Assembly (NCBI GenBank): GCA_963920595.1
Contig: OY986950.1
Span: 2,542,001-2,606,000, forward strand
DNA: 64,000 bases
DNA from: Eimeria praecox
Taxonomy: Eukaryota
Reading direction: 5' to 3'
Shown here: positions 1 through 21,553 of the stretch, one piece after another
Numbering within the stretch: position 1 is the first letter of the stretch
Layout of the letters: every line of letters starts with the position of its first letter
The notes under the pieces: generated by a model
What the model was told of the DNA's origin: nothing
Databases searched by the model: none
The model's input: the letters and a program-made list of their open reading frames with translations, nothing else
Made by a program: the position numbers and the translations under genes

Positions 1-7128
<7,128 letters not shown>

Positions 7129-7420
7129 CTGCAGCGGTAAAGACGAAGATATATTAAAAATATATTAAGAGACGCAGCCACTGCTTCTATTAAACTCAAA
7201 CTACCACATAAATTTCTTCACGGCGGGATGTTGCTGCTGCTGCTGTTGCTGCTGCTGCAGCAACTCAGCACAGTTGTTGTCGTTGCTGCTGTTGCAGTTG
7301 CTGCTGCTGCTCCTGCTCCTGCTGCTGCTGCTGCTGCTGTAGTTGTTGGTGGAAAGAGTAAACCTAAGAAGAGAGAGGCGAGGCGCTTCTTAATGTTTCG
7401 CTGTCCCCTTAGAGATGAAG

Positions 7421-7482
<62 letters not shown>

Positions 7483-7867
7483 GAGCAGCGGCGGGAGCAG
7501 CAGCGGGAGCAGCAGCTCCAGTTGTATTTGTGTTTGTTGTTAAGTCTGCGCCTGAAATAGAGAAGTTTAAGAAGACAAGAATAAATAAAAGAAAGAGAAG
7601 ATAAATAAAAAAGAAGAATAAACAAAACTGTTGATGCAGCGAAGCAGCCGGCGGGCGCCGGCGGAGCTGGGGGCTCGTGTCGAGGTGTATATACACCGTA
7701 AATTTGTGCGATATTATGTGGAAGAAAGATATTTAAAAGCAATTAAATGTTGTATATTAACTAAATAAAAACATTAAAAACAAAAGCAAACACGAAAAAC
7801 AACAAGAGAATAGAGACATAATATCTCTCGGCCTCACTCTCAAAGGCGCAGCGGCGGCATATATAAC

Positions 7868-7902
<35 letters not shown>

Positions 7903-8848
7903 AGCAGCAGCAGCAACAGCAACAACAACAGCAACAACAACAACAATAACAGCAACAGCACCTGTTAATAAATAAAAAGGAAGAAGTAAAACTGTTTTAT
8001 ATGAGCAAAACAAAGTTATAAAAGAATAATAGCGTATACAACAAAGCTGCCTATACACCCCGAGACAGGCACTGGACAGACTCCTACGGTGGGGGAGGGA
8101 GTCGGAATGAAAAGGAGTAAAAAATTGTTGTTTTTTATTATTTTTTGTTCTATATTATAATTTAATTGACATTATTATCCATAAATTAATTAAAAAATAC
8201 TTGAAATAACAAAATTTAAGCCCTAAAAGCAGCAGCAACAATCGCCGAGTAGTGCTCCTACGACCGTGGCGCATGGGCAGCTACGCGGGCGACACGATCG
8301 AGTTTTTCTGCTTTTGAAAGCGAATCTCTTTGTAAATTTAATATTAAATATATTTAATAACATGTATTTAATTAAATAAATCTTTTTTTATCGTCATAAC
8401 AACCAAAATAAACCCTATTATACCCCCAGTCATACACACCCGAGTCTTCTGTTAGGGGGGAGAGCGCCGCTACTCTGTCTCTCCTCCCCCTGAGAGGTCT
8501 TCATCTTTTTTTCATGATAAACAGAAACAAATATATAAATAGTATTTAAAAATAAACTCATATTATAAAAATGTAGAATATTATCTACTTTACAACAAAG
8601 TTTGAGGTGTACATACACCCGAAGGATGTATATGCTCGGTCGACGGCGGCTCGCATATATTTGTTGTGTTGGTTTTACTTGTTCTGTATATATTTTTATG
8701 TTTTAATTTAATAAATATATATAAAATAAATTAATTAAATTATTTTTATATTTATTAACATATAAATATACGAGAGACAATAACAAACATACTCTCCATA
8801 CGATCACAGCCACAGCGCGTCTCGGTTTTTTAAGGTTTTCTCTTGTCT

Positions 8849-9128
8849 TAGGGTTTACAAGACAGACGTGAGGGTTTAGGGTTTAGGGTTTAGGGTTTAG
8901 AGGATGTACTTAAGGGTTTATACGAGGGTTTAGGGTTTATAAGATAGAGTTGAGGGTTTGAAATGAGGGTTTAGGGTTTAAAAGGAAGACTCGACAATAG
9001 GGTTTAGGGTTTAGGGTTTAGGGTTTTGGGTTTACGACAGAGCTTAGGGTTTTAGATAAAACATTCAGGGTTTAGGGTTTATAAGACAGAGTTGAGGGCT
9101 TGTAGTGAGGGTTTAGGGTTTAGGGTTT
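8849..9128 (+). repeat. Degenerate interstitial telomeric repeat block (TTTAGGG)n with a recurring AAGACAGAGTTGAGGG-like insert
   Basis: Many TTTAGGG units. Related inserts at ~8854, ~8935, ~9030 and ~9077. Confidence 0.9.
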
Positions 9129-9236
9129 ATATCTTTTGTTTTTTATATATTATACTTTAATCTTATTATTATTATTTAGGGTGTATATACACCCTAAATT
9201 GTATATTAACCTCCTCTCTCTAATTCTAATGTTGTT

Positions 9237-9275
<39 letters not shown>

Positions 9276-9394
9276 TATTGTATTAATAATTTGTAGTTGT
9301 ATACGTAGCTTTTAAACATAAAAGTATATACACATATCTCCATCTCTCTCTTCCTCTCTGCCTCTGCCTCTCTGTCTCTCTGTCTCTGTCTCTC

Positions 9395-9441
<47 letters not shown>

Positions 9442-9792
9442 CTTAAATAAACTAAATCCTAATATACAAGAGTATAAAGTAGTAAATAGATTTGTATATT
9501 TATCCAAAGACAAAACCAAAAAATAAATAAATAACACAATTTAAAAAGCGTAGAAAGATATTATTGTTCTATTAAAGTCTAATCTAATACTAACAATTAT
9601 ATATATATATATATATTATATATTATATATATATATATTTATATATATAAAGAGAGACAGATACAAACAATATTGCCTAAGCAAAGTATGATTATCTACT
9701 TTGCTTAAACATTAAAAAAATACTTTGAAATATATACATATACAATATATATATTATATATATTTTATATTATATATATTATATTCTATATA

Positions 9793-9864
<72 letters not shown>

Positions 9865-9894
9865 ATATTACATGTATATATATATATAATATGG

Positions 9895-9934
<40 letters not shown>

Positions 9935-9980
9935 TATATATATATATATATAATATACATAGCATTTTAAATATATACAC

Positions 9981-10030
<50 letters not shown>

Positions 10031-10124
10031 GAGGCAGATAAGGAGACAGAAGATACACAAGAAGAAAAGCAAGAGACAAACATTTTTATGCTGTCTCTTC
10101 ATTTTCCGGCTTTGCTTGTATACG

Positions 10125-10225
<101 letters not shown>

Positions 10226-10751
10226 CAACTAACAATAAGAGACAAACAATTAGAATACACACTTGCAGCAAACAATTATAGTAAACAATTATAATAAACA
10301 ACTATAATAAACAGTTTTAATAATATCATTATTATAATATAATTATTATATATATATATATATATATTATATTATTATAATTATATAATTATAATTACAT
10401 TATTATAATTACTTATAATAATATAATTATAATAATATAATTATAATAATATAATTATAATAATATAATTATTATATAATTATAATGTATACAATTATAC
10501 TAATATAATTATAATAATAGTATTATAACAAACAGTCATAATAAACAATTATAATAATATATTTATAATAATATATTTATATTATTATATAATAAGAATA
10601 AACAAACACAATAAACAATTATAATATATAATTACAATAAACAGGCACAAAGAGACAGAGAAGGAGACAGTAGAATAGCAGCAGCGATTATTCTTTATCT
10701 TCTTCTCTTTGTATTTAACCTCGCCTAACCATTGTTGCTTTGTTTGCTGCT

Positions 10752-10864
<113 letters not shown>

Positions 10865-10921
10865 GTTTGCAAGCTAGCAGCTGAGCTGCCGTTTAAGTAC
10901 ATAGAACAACGATGCATGCGC

Positions 10922-11010
<89 letters not shown>

Positions 11011-11053
11011 CAGCTGTATTTGCTGCTGCAGTCAGCACGATCGTGTCTAAGCA

Positions 11054-11496
11054 TTATCTTCTATTGTATTGCTCTTCTTCTTCTTCCTGCTGCTGCTGCT
11101 GCTGCAGCAGCAGCAGATCCTCTTCCTGCAGCTGCTGCAGCTGCTGCTGTTCCCATTGTGAGTAATCTCCGCTCCCCTCCCCCCACTCTTCTTGCTGCTG
11201 CTGCTGCTGCTGCTCCTCTTGCTGCAGCTCTTCCAGCTGCTGCTGCTGCTCCTGCAGCAGCTGCTGCTGCTGCTCCTGCAGCAGCAGCTGCTGCTGCTCC
11301 TCCTGCAGCAGCTGCTGCTCCTCCAGCAGCAGCTGCTGTTGTTGCTCCTGCTGCTGCTGCAGCAGCAGCAGCTCGTCCTGCTCTTGCAGGTATTGCGGTT
11401 GTGCGTCTTCCTCATGTTGCTGCTGCTGCTGTTGCTGTTGCTGCAGCAGCAGCTCCTCTTCCCCCCACTGGTGCTGCTGCTCCTCCTCTAGATACA

Positions 11497-11528
<32 letters not shown>

Positions 11529-12078
11529 CACAGCAGCAGCTCGTCCCCTTCCCCCTGCTGCTGCTGCTCTTCGTATGTCTGCTGCCACTGCAGTTGCGGC
11601 TGCTGCTCATATGTCGGCTGCCGCTGCAGTTGCTGCTGCTGCTGCTGCTGCTGCTCTTCATACGGCTCCTGCCACTGCGGTGGCTGCTGCTGCTGGTCGT
11701 ACGTCTGCTGCCGCTGCAGTTGCGGCTGCTGCTGCTGCTGCTCATATGTCTGCTGCCGCTGCAGTTGCTGCTGCTGCTGCTGCTGCTCTTCATACGGCTG
11801 CTGCCACTGCGGTTGCTGCGGCTGCTGCTGCTCATATGTCTGCTGCCGCTGCAGTTGCTGCTGCTGCTGCTGCTGCTGCTCATATGTCTGCTGTCGCTGC
11901 AGTTGCTGCTGCAGCGGCTCATCATATGTTTGCTGCCGCTGCGGTTGCTGCGGCGGCCCATAGGTCTGCTGCCGCTGCAGTTGCTGCTGCTGCTGCTGCT
12001 GCGGCTGCTGCTGCGGCTGCTCATATGTCTGCTGCCGCTGCAGTTGATGCGGCTCTTCATATGTCTGCTGCCGCTGCG

Positions 12079-12118
<40 letters not shown>

Positions 12119-12303
12119 ATATGTCTGCTGCCGCTGCAGTGGCAGTTGCTGCTGGTCGTACGTCTGCTGCCGCTGCGGTTGCTGCTGCTGCTGCTGCTGC
12201 TGCTGCTCATATGTCTGCTGCCGCTGCAGTTGCTGCTGTTCATGTGTCTGCTGCCGCTGCAGTTGGTGCTGCGGCGGCCCTTCATATGTCTGCTGCCGCT
12301 GCG

Positions 12304-12336
<33 letters not shown>

Positions 12337-12919
12337 GGTCATATGTCTGCTGCCGCTGCAGTTGCTGCTGCTGCTGCGGCTCATATGTCGGCTGCCGCTG
12401 CAGTGGCAGTTGCTGCTGGTGCTGCTGCTGTTGCTGCTCCTGCTGAAGCTGCTGCTGCTGCTGCTGCTGCAGGTCCTGCTGCTGTTGCAGCTGTTGCTGT
12501 TGCACAGGATATCCTTGCCCCGCCTGCCCTTCCTCCTGCTGCTGCTGCTGCTGTTGCTGCTGTTGTTGTTGTTGCTCTGGCTGATGCTGCTGTTGCTGCT
12601 GCTGTTGCTGGTGTTGTTGTTGCTGTTGTTCCTGCAGTTGTTGCTGCTGCTGTTGCTGGTGCTGCTGCTGTTGCTGTTGCTGCTGTTGCTGCTGCTCAGG
12701 CTGCGGCTGCTGCTGTTGCTGTTGCTGTTGGTGGTGCTGTTGCTGTTGCTGCTGCTGCTGCTGCTGCTGTACCTGCTGTTGGTGTTGTAGTTGTTGTTGT
12801 TCCTGCTGCAGCTGCTGCTGTTGCCCCTGCTGCTGCTGCTGTTGCTGTTGCTGCTGCGCCTGCTGCTGCTGCTGCTGCTGTCCCTGCTCCTGCTGCTGCT
12901 GTTGTTGCTGCTCCTGCCC

Positions 12920-12952
<33 letters not shown>

Positions 12953-13072
12953 TCCTTGTTGTTGCTGTGGCTGCTGCTGCTGTTGCTGCTGTTCTTGTTG
13001 CGGCTGCTGCTGCTGCTGCTGCTGTTGTTGTTGGGGCGGCTGCTGCTGCTGCTGCTGTTGTTGCTGGTCCTG

Positions 13073-13105
<33 letters not shown>

Positions 13106-13219
13106 TGGTTGCTGCTGACCCTGCTGCTGCTGCTGCGGTCCCTGCTGCTCCTGCTGCTGCTGCGGTTGTTGCTGCTGCCCCTGCTGCTGCTGCTGCTGGC
13201 CCTGCTGCCCTTGCTGCTC

Positions 13220-13252
<33 letters not shown>

Positions 13253-13262
13253 GCCGTCCTGA

Positions 13263-13301
<39 letters not shown>

Positions 13302-13898
13302 CCGTCCTGATTCTGCTGCTGATTTTGCTGTCCCTCCTTTTCTTTCTCTTCCTCCTTCTTCTCCTTTCCCTCAGCATCAGCAGCAGCAGCAGCAGCAGCA
13401 TCACCATCAGCAGCAGCAGGAGGAGCAGCAGGATCAGCTGCTGCTGCAGCAGGATCATCAGCAGCACCATCCTCAGCAGCAGCAGCAGCAGCATTTGTGT
13501 CTGTCTTCCCTCCTTTCTTTCTTATGTGTTGAAATATATCTGAGACATTAGTTTTTATTGATTTTGTATCTTCCCCCATTCTTTCTTTTAATGGTTTTAA
13601 TTTATCTTTCATACTTCTTCCTGATTCAACAACTTCTTTGATATTCGTGACACCGGGAATCGAACCCGCGCGAGGATTATCAGCCAGCTTAAGAACAGTA
13701 TCTAAACTAAAACTTTCTGTCTGTTGTGTCTGTCTCTCAGCTAATTTTTTATTTATACCCCCGATCACATTACGAGTCTTCGATAAAACCCCCTCTACCT
13801 TTTCAATATATGCTTGAGCTCGCTGTAGTGTCTCTAGAACAGCATTCTCTTGCTGCTTTCTTGTATTGTCTCCTTGCTGCTGCTCTCCCCCATCATCA

Positions 13899-13940
<42 letters not shown>

Positions 13941-14533
13941 AGGATATCATGAAGCATATTTTGCTGTTCCTTAACCCAAGCACTAACATCTACAGCTAAA
14001 CAATCTGCTAGATCAAGACTTCGCTGTTCTACTAAAACACCCCTACTACTACTACTACTACTACTACTATCATTATTATCTCTTCTTAAAATTGATGATG
14101 TTGCTTCCTCCATCTTATCAAAATATTCTAATGCTGTATATGCAGCAGCAGCAACATCAAGATTTTCTGCTGCTGTTTGTAGTACAGCGTTTATCTCTGT
14201 ATCATTCTTTGTTTCCTCTAAATGTGGTAACTTCTTTAATATACTCCCAGCAGCATGTAACTTCTTCCCTAAATCAAAATTAGCTGAAGGTACACCCCGA
14301 TTATATCTATCCATAAACTGTTTTATACTGCTACCAACACCAGCACCGAATCCTTTCATATCTTTGCATTTAAGAGAAGAAAACATCTTCCTCTGTTCTC
14401 TTCGTTTTATTCTTCTTGATAAATCCGCGCCGTGTCTCTTCGCTAATTCGTATAAACTAGACAGAGCCCCTAAACTCTTTTCTACTCTAGCAGGCTTCTG
14501 CTGCTGCTGCTGCTCCTCCTCCTGCTGCTGCTG

Positions 14534-14573
<40 letters not shown>

Positions 14574-14687
14574 AGGCTATCCCTGAAGGCCTCAAAGGCA
14601 GCAGCAGATTCGGCAGTGTTCACAGTTTCAGCTAAGTGCTGCGCCACAGGCAGCAACTTACGCAACTCAGTTAACTCGTCATCATCA

Positions 14688-14719
<32 letters not shown>

Positions 14720-15230
14720 ATCTGGCTGCTGCTGCTGCTGCTGCTGATCTGGCTGCTGCTGCTGCTGTTGTTGCTGTTGTTGTTGCTGCTGCTGTTGTTG
14801 GCCCTGTTGCTGCTGTTGTGGTGGTGGTGGTGGTTGCTGCAGCGGCAGTTGTCGTTGCTGCTGCTGCTGTTGCTGCTCCTGTCCCTGCTGCTGTTGTTGT
14901 CTTTGCTGCTGCTGCTTTGATGGTGGGGTTGGTGGTTGCTGCTGCGGCTGCAGCACCTGCTGTTTTAGTTGTTGTGGTGCTTGTGGTTGTGCTTTGGGCT
15001 GCTGCTGCTGCTGCTGCTGCTGCGGGGGCTGCTGTTGCTGCTGCCGCTGTTGAGGCTGCTGCTGCTGCTGCTGCTGTTGCTGCTGTGGTTGTTGTTGCTG
15101 CTGCTGCTGTGGTTGTTGTTGCTGCTGCTGCTGTGGTTGTTGCGGCTGCTGCTGCTGTTGCTGTTGCGGCTGCTGCTGCTGTTGCTGTTGTGGCTGTTGT
15201 TGCTGCTGTTGTTGTTGTTGCTGCTGCTGT

Positions 15231-15263
<33 letters not shown>

Positions 15264-16261
15264 GGCTGGTGCTGTTGCTGCGGCTGGTGCTGCTGCTGTT
15301 GCTGCTGCTGTTGCTGCTGCTGTTGCTGTTGCTGCTGCTGTTGCTGCGGTTGTTGCTGGTGGTCCTGCTGCTGCTGTTGCGTGTGCTGCTGTTGCTGTTG
15401 GTGTTGCGGCTGTTGCTGCTGTTGCTGCTGTTGTCCCTGCTGTTGGCGCTGCCGCTGCTGCGGCTGCTCCTGCGGTTGCTGTTGCTGCTGCTGCTGTTGC
15501 TGCTGCTGCTGTTGCTGCTGCTGCTGTTGCTGTTGTTGTTGCTGCTTCTGTTGCTGTTGCTGTTTTTGTTGCTGCTGCTGTTGCTGCTGCTGTTGCTGCC
15601 GCTGTTGCTCTCGCTGCTTCTCTTGCTGCTTCTCTTGCTGCTGCTCTTGCTGCTGCTGCTCTTGCTGTTGCTCTTCCTGCTGCTGCTCTTGCTGTTGCTC
15701 TTCCTGCTGCTGCTCTTGCTGCTGCTCTTCCTGCTGCTGCTCTTCCTGCTGCTGCTCTTGCTGCTGCTGCTGCTGCAGCAGCAGATTCAAGTATGTGATA
15801 AGTTTATTATTGACTTCCTCTCTAAATTTGGTTGCATACGCAGCAAACAGCAGCAGCACCGACGGCAGCAGCAGCAGAACTAATGCTAGCGTCGCATGTT
15901 TTGTTTTATTGTGTTGTTTATCATTCTTATTAAGATTATTATATATTGTATTTCTATCATAATGTTTATCTATATCTTGAGGTGTATACGCACCTCGTGT
16001 TTTTATATATATATCTGATGGTGTTGGTGCCTCTTGCTTACTATGTATGGTAGGCGAATCAGAAGAAAGAGGAGAATCTAGCGGCTTTCTCTCTTCACTA
16101 TTTATTGGAAATGGAGTTAATTTATGTTGTACAGATTCAAATAACTCCTCTTCTTCATTAGGAGTGTAGGGGATAGGAGATACAGCATGAACAGCAACCT
16201 GTTGTATATGTGCATATCTAACCAACAACAACAAACACACCAATAAAATCCTTAGAATCAT
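11054..16261 (-). CDS. Q-rich predicted secretory/membrane protein, paralogue 1 of the local family (1735 aa; signal peptide, TM, polyQ, helical domain, QRQQTYE repeat tail)
   Basis: ATG-initiated 5.2-kb ORF. N-terminal MILRILLVCLLLLVRYA; TM ATLALVLLLLPSVLLLFAAYA. The segment LTELRKLLPVAQHLAETVNTAESAAAFEAF..LSSLYELAKRHGADL aligns with the three neighbouring ORFs. Confidence 0.8.
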
Positions 16262-16578
16262 ACTTGTTTATATATTTTTATATATAATTTTATATATTTA
16301 TTTAAATAAATTAATTTAATCATTAAAATTAAAAAAAATATATAAACAATATACACCAGAAAAATATTATTGTTGCTTGACCGATGCTACGCTCCCTCGT
16401 TCTCTGTTGCAGCTCGCGACACCTCGCCTCAACATCAATATAACAAACAGAAATATATATATTTTAAAAGAATAATATAAATTAAATATATTTATATAAT
16501 ATATAAACACTCTGTCGCAAACAATATCACACAACTAACCCTAGACATTACCGGGATCGATTCTCTTGTTGTATAGCC

Positions 16579-16656
<78 letters not shown>

Positions 16657-16856
16657 ACAGCGATGCTGCTGGAGAGAGAGAATGTTCATATTATTTATAA
16701 ATTTATAATAATTCTTCTTTTTTATTAATATTTTATAAAAATAAAATAAAATATTTATTACCAATAAGCATCTGTTAGTTTCAGGATTTGTTTGGTGACG
16801 ACGGCACAAACAAATTATGTAGATAAAATATTTTTTTCTTCTTTTTTTGAAAGAAA

Positions 16857-16896
<40 letters not shown>

Positions 16897-17114
16897 AACA
16901 AATAATATAATTATTAACATAATTTAATTATTATATTCTACAAATAAACATCTCTCACCTCCTCCTACACATACAGACCTGTTGCTGCTTCTCCCTCTAG
17001 TAATAAAACCCTAACATATATATATATATATACTTTTGTATTTTTATTATTTATATTTACCTATCATTAAATTTTAGCCATATACACCGCAGCATTTGTA
17101 TATACAGAAGAAAA

Positions 17115-17198
<84 letters not shown>

Positions 17199-17334
17199 TT
17201 TTGTATTTTTTTAATTTATATTTTTCTATCATTAAATTTAATTATTTTAATTAATCTTAGCTTGCAACAGCTTCACAATACACCTCTATATGCCTATAAT
17301 ATCTTATTAAAGATATATTTGAGGTTTCCCCAAT

Positions 17335-17406
<72 letters not shown>

Positions 17407-17529
17407 TACATATATATATATATATTAGTATTTCTTTGACCTGCATGCAACTCCAGCATACACAGGCAACGCCGCTCTGCTGTATGCTAGCTGCTGCTAT
17501 TGTAATACAATAATAAGCTATATTATATA

Positions 17530-17564
<35 letters not shown>

Positions 17565-17696
17565 CCTGCTGCTGCTGCTGCTCGTAGGTTTACTTCTTCA
17601 GAGGCTGATAGATTACTACAGAGGATCAAGTTTGTGTTTAAATTTAATTATATTACAAACTAGAACAGCTAGCTAGCTTGCAACAAAGATGTATTA

Positions 17697-17761
<65 letters not shown>

Positions 17762-17766
<5 letters not shown>

Positions 17767-17941
17767 GGGGCTGTCTTCGAAAATTCTCTGCAGCACTTTG
17801 TATTGGTGTTGCTGTTCTATCGTTCAATACATTCGTTAGTGAGATAATCATAAGGAGTTGTGTATATAATTAACTGAGGTTGAAGTAGAAGTAGAAGCTC
17901 TAAATAAACTATTTCTTAAAGTATTTGACTCTAATAACACT
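17762..17941 (+). promoter_or_regulatory. Conserved non-coding element about 1 kb upstream of paralogue 2 (inverted copy at 28546-28763)
   Basis: Its reverse complement matches 28546-28763 almost exactly over the core. The regulatory role is inferred from position only. Confidence 0.55.
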
Positions 17942-18970
17942 CAGGGGAATCATCAAAAGAAAGACAGAAGATTAATGCTGCATTATGCTAGAAAACCTAA
18001 AAATACAACACTAAAAATAAATAATAAAACAAAAATTAATAGCTACAAGAGTCAAAAACATACATGATTGTTTAATAACTATGAATCCTTGAGAGGCCTC
18101 CTAGCCAACCTGTAGAAATACAGCTTTCTCATGTTATGGTGTGGTGGGATCTCTGAGAGGAAAATGAAGTAAATAATCTTGAAAAGAATAAATATAAATT
18201 TAGAGAAAATAAAAGAAAAATATAATTTAAAATTGTGTGTGCGTGTACGCAGAAAAAACAGAGTGCGGATATGTGGCAGCCCCAGGATTATTTTCAAGGA
18301 GCGGGATAATAAATAATTGATGTTCTACCTATCAAAGGAATATCTTCTGTTTTCTTGGTAATATTTTCTTGAATTAAATATAAATTTAAAATAAAAAATT
18401 AATATATTTTCAAAAAAACATTCCTCAACATTGTAAAGAAATGATCGAGCCCCCTTCCCCTGCTGACCTGTCGACCATAGTAGTAGCATCCCCAGGTGTA
18501 TGTTCAGCTTACCTTGAAGTTATATGGTTGAAGAGTAGTAGGAGAAACATCGCATTTTTTTAGAAATGTGTTTGTTTTAAAGATAAATTATTCTTTTTAT
18601 CGATTAATTTATGGATATTACACACATTTCCCTTGATTCGATGCCCCACAGGCTATGTTCAAATTCCGTTTTCAGCATCAGAACGTCAGAGCATTGACAT
18701 GATGCGATGAGATTATTTTGAAACACACTATGTTTCTAGATTGTAAAATAAAAGTATTTTTCGTAGAATAAGAGGGAAATCGATTAAATTGAAGGTGCAG
18801 GTGGCTTCTGTTGACGACGTTTAATTAATTAAGTGATGCAAGAAAGAAGACGCATTCGTTCAAGTTTGAATGATCCTCCAAGCCTGTTTTTATAGATTTC
18901 TCGAAGATATATTTTGACGATTCTGTATTATTTGAATGTTATTTTGCTTTTTTTGATTGTTTATTAACAG

Positions 18971-19511
18971 GATTTGAAGTTGTTTTCACGGTGTTTCCTG
19001 TTTTTTTCTTCTTTAGCCACCGCACGATGGCTCTTCATAGTCAAAGATTTCTCTACTTGTGTAGATGCAGCTGTTCGAGATTTCTCCTCTATCGGTGTCG
19101 AGATGGAGTTGGCTAGTATGGCAGCAACAGGTGAAGAATGGTGGCCTGCAGCAGCAGCAGCAGAAGCAGCAACAGCAGCAGCTCCCGATCGAGACGTAGC
19201 AGAAACTCTCTCTGTCTTTCCTGATGATTCCTTACTCCATGATGTTTCATCTTCTCTCGATAGTCCTCCTCTTTCTTCTGCTGTAGATACACCTCAAATC
19301 CCTCCTCAAGGAACCTCTTCTTTACCACCAAACAATCAGGTAGATGATATCTCTCATTTTTCTTTCTCTCATCTTCATAATGCTGCAAAATATGAAAAAA
19401 GACAGAAATTACATTATTTTCTTAGTACTTCTCTCTTTTTATTTGCTGTACTCTTTGGTTTTCTAGCTGTTCGGTATCAAAACCTTTCTCAAAAACTACA
19501 TATAAAGGAGG

Positions 19512-19557
<46 letters not shown>

Positions 19558-21271
19558 AGGCAAATATTGCAGCAATACAAAGACAGAGAGTATGATATCT
19601 TCTCTTCAAAATTTACATAATTTTGAATTCGCAGCGATATATCTATCCGAGTTTGTAGGTACTGAGGGTGCTGTATCAGCCTTCCGTGAGTTCAAACAGA
19701 TTTTAAGTGTGGCTACGAATCTACAACAACAATTATTAAATACAAAAGAAACACCTTCTCTATCATTAGAATTATCTGTTAGAAATACAATTGAAGAAGG
19801 TTTGAATATATTAATAAATTTACAGAAGAAAGTAAGAGAATATGGAGTTAGTTTATCCCAGTATGCAAGGAAACAAAGATTAGCTACATTTTCAGAAAAA
19901 GACCTACAAGCATTAAATGATATGTTAGGATATGATGTATATAGATTAATAAACAATCATGAAAGTAATCTAGAAAATATATATCCTTCCTTTATACAAC
20001 AATTAGAAAAGGAAGCAGAAAAATTAAATGAATTAAGAGAAATACAATCGTTAAATGATATATATATATTTGATTCTATGATGTCAAATGTAGATATAAT
20101 AAATACATTATATAAAGCAATACAATTACAAAAACAACATTTTGAAGATGTTCGAACGAATATCAATTCGGTATTAAGAATGCATCATCAACGTTCTAGA
20201 GAGTCAATACACCGCAAATATAAACAAGATCTTCAACAAGTATATATGTATTTAAGTTTAGGGCGTCAACGTTATCTCCAATTAGGTAAACCTGAAGGAG
20301 ATATACTTAAAAATTTAGATTTTATAGAAAATCAATTTAATAGAGGACAGATATTGCTTCAACAATATTATAATATATATACAGAAGAAATTAGAGATAA
20401 AGATAATAATACATCTTCAGAAAATATTAGAAAAGAACCCGATGTTATAATCGAAGAATTAAGTAATATATTAGAGACTGTATCTTTGAAGATACACGCA
20501 AAGCCATATTTATTTTATATAGATGAAGCAACACATACAAGAGCAGTTCAACAACATCAAAGATTAATTGCATTAAGTAATACGGAAGCAGCAGCAGTAG
20601 CAGCAGAAAGAATACAAAGTATAGTAGCAGCTGTAGAATTACAGAATCCTACAAGTACACTCTTACCGTGGTCAGAAGAATATGGAGAAAACAAAGAAAA
20701 TATATCTTTATCTTCTTTATCTTCTTCTGTAGCAACACTAACTGAAGATGTACGGCGTCAAATTTATGATTTGAAAGTATCAATAAGAGAGAATATTCAC
20801 GAAAAAGAATATAATGATAATACTATAAATAAAGAAGAGAAACATCATCAAAATAATAAACTTAATGGACAGACAGAAAAAATGTTACTTGAATCGCAAA
20901 TGGCTGTGAGAGCTGCGGGGCTTCTCTGTCATGAAGCAGAACTTCTATGGCTTCGAGCACAACTAAATGATGTATTAGAATTAGATATGCAATTAAGTTC
21001 TGCTATAGCACAGAAAGCTATAGAAACAGCAAGTAGATCAAGAGAACAAAGACAACAACACCAACAACAAGATTGGAGATCGAGATTATCTTCTGTTAAT
21101 CTTGTTTATTTACAGAGTTTAATTACAGAATTAAATGCTGCGAAACATGAAGCACAATCTTCAAATGGACTTACTGAAGTTGTTGAAGCTGCAGCAACCA
21201 TGAAAATCACAGCCCTCAAATTATCCGAATTCGTTCAAGATCAGCAAAATCGGTCTAGTCATAACCTCTAA
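18971..21271 (+). CDS. Paralogue 2 of the local family (~765 aa; hydrophobic leader, TM, polyQ, helical domain); start codon unresolved
   Basis: 2.3-kb non-repetitive ORF. TM YFLSTSLFLFAVLFGFLAV. Motifs AAIYLSEFVGTEGAVSAFREF, VREYGVSL, EAELLWLRAQLNDVLELDMQL and WRSRLSS are shared with paralogues 3 and 4. The track start is TTG, the first in-frame ATG is 19103, and a possible phase-0 acceptor (AACAG) ends at 18970. Confidence 0.85.
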
Positions 21272-21309
21272 ATATGCTAGATATATAAAATATGTATATA
21301 TATATATAT

Positions 21310-21509
21310 NNNNNNNNNNNNNNNNNNNNNNNNNNNNNNNNNNNNNNNNNNNNNNNNNNNNNNNNNNNNNNNNNNNNNNNNNNNNNNNNNNNNNNNNNNN
21401 NNNNNNNNNNNNNNNNNNNNNNNNNNNNNNNNNNNNNNNNNNNNNNNNNNNNNNNNNNNNNNNNNNNNNNNNNNNNNNNNNNNNNNNNNNNNNNNNNNNN
21501 NNNNNNNNN
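21310..21509. other. Assembly gap (200 N)
   Basis: Run of N flanked by (AT)n. Confidence 1.

Positions 21510-21553
<44 letters not shown>

Noticed and set aside
8849..9128. True chromosome end or subtelomere
   Set aside because: The repeats are short, degenerate and flanked by genes. Interstitial AAACCCT repeats are common in Eimeria.
13647..13672. tRNA T-arm/B-box-like sequence (GCGGGTTCGATTCCCGG, minus strand)
   Set aside because: No D-arm, anticodon arm or acceptor pairing. It lies in frame within a CDS (RAGSIPG).
10912..15962. Plus-strand poly-Ala/Leu/Cys ORFs, including the 879-aa ORF
   Set aside because: Antisense shadows of the CAG-rich 1735-aa gene. The minus frame is the one with homology to the paralogues.
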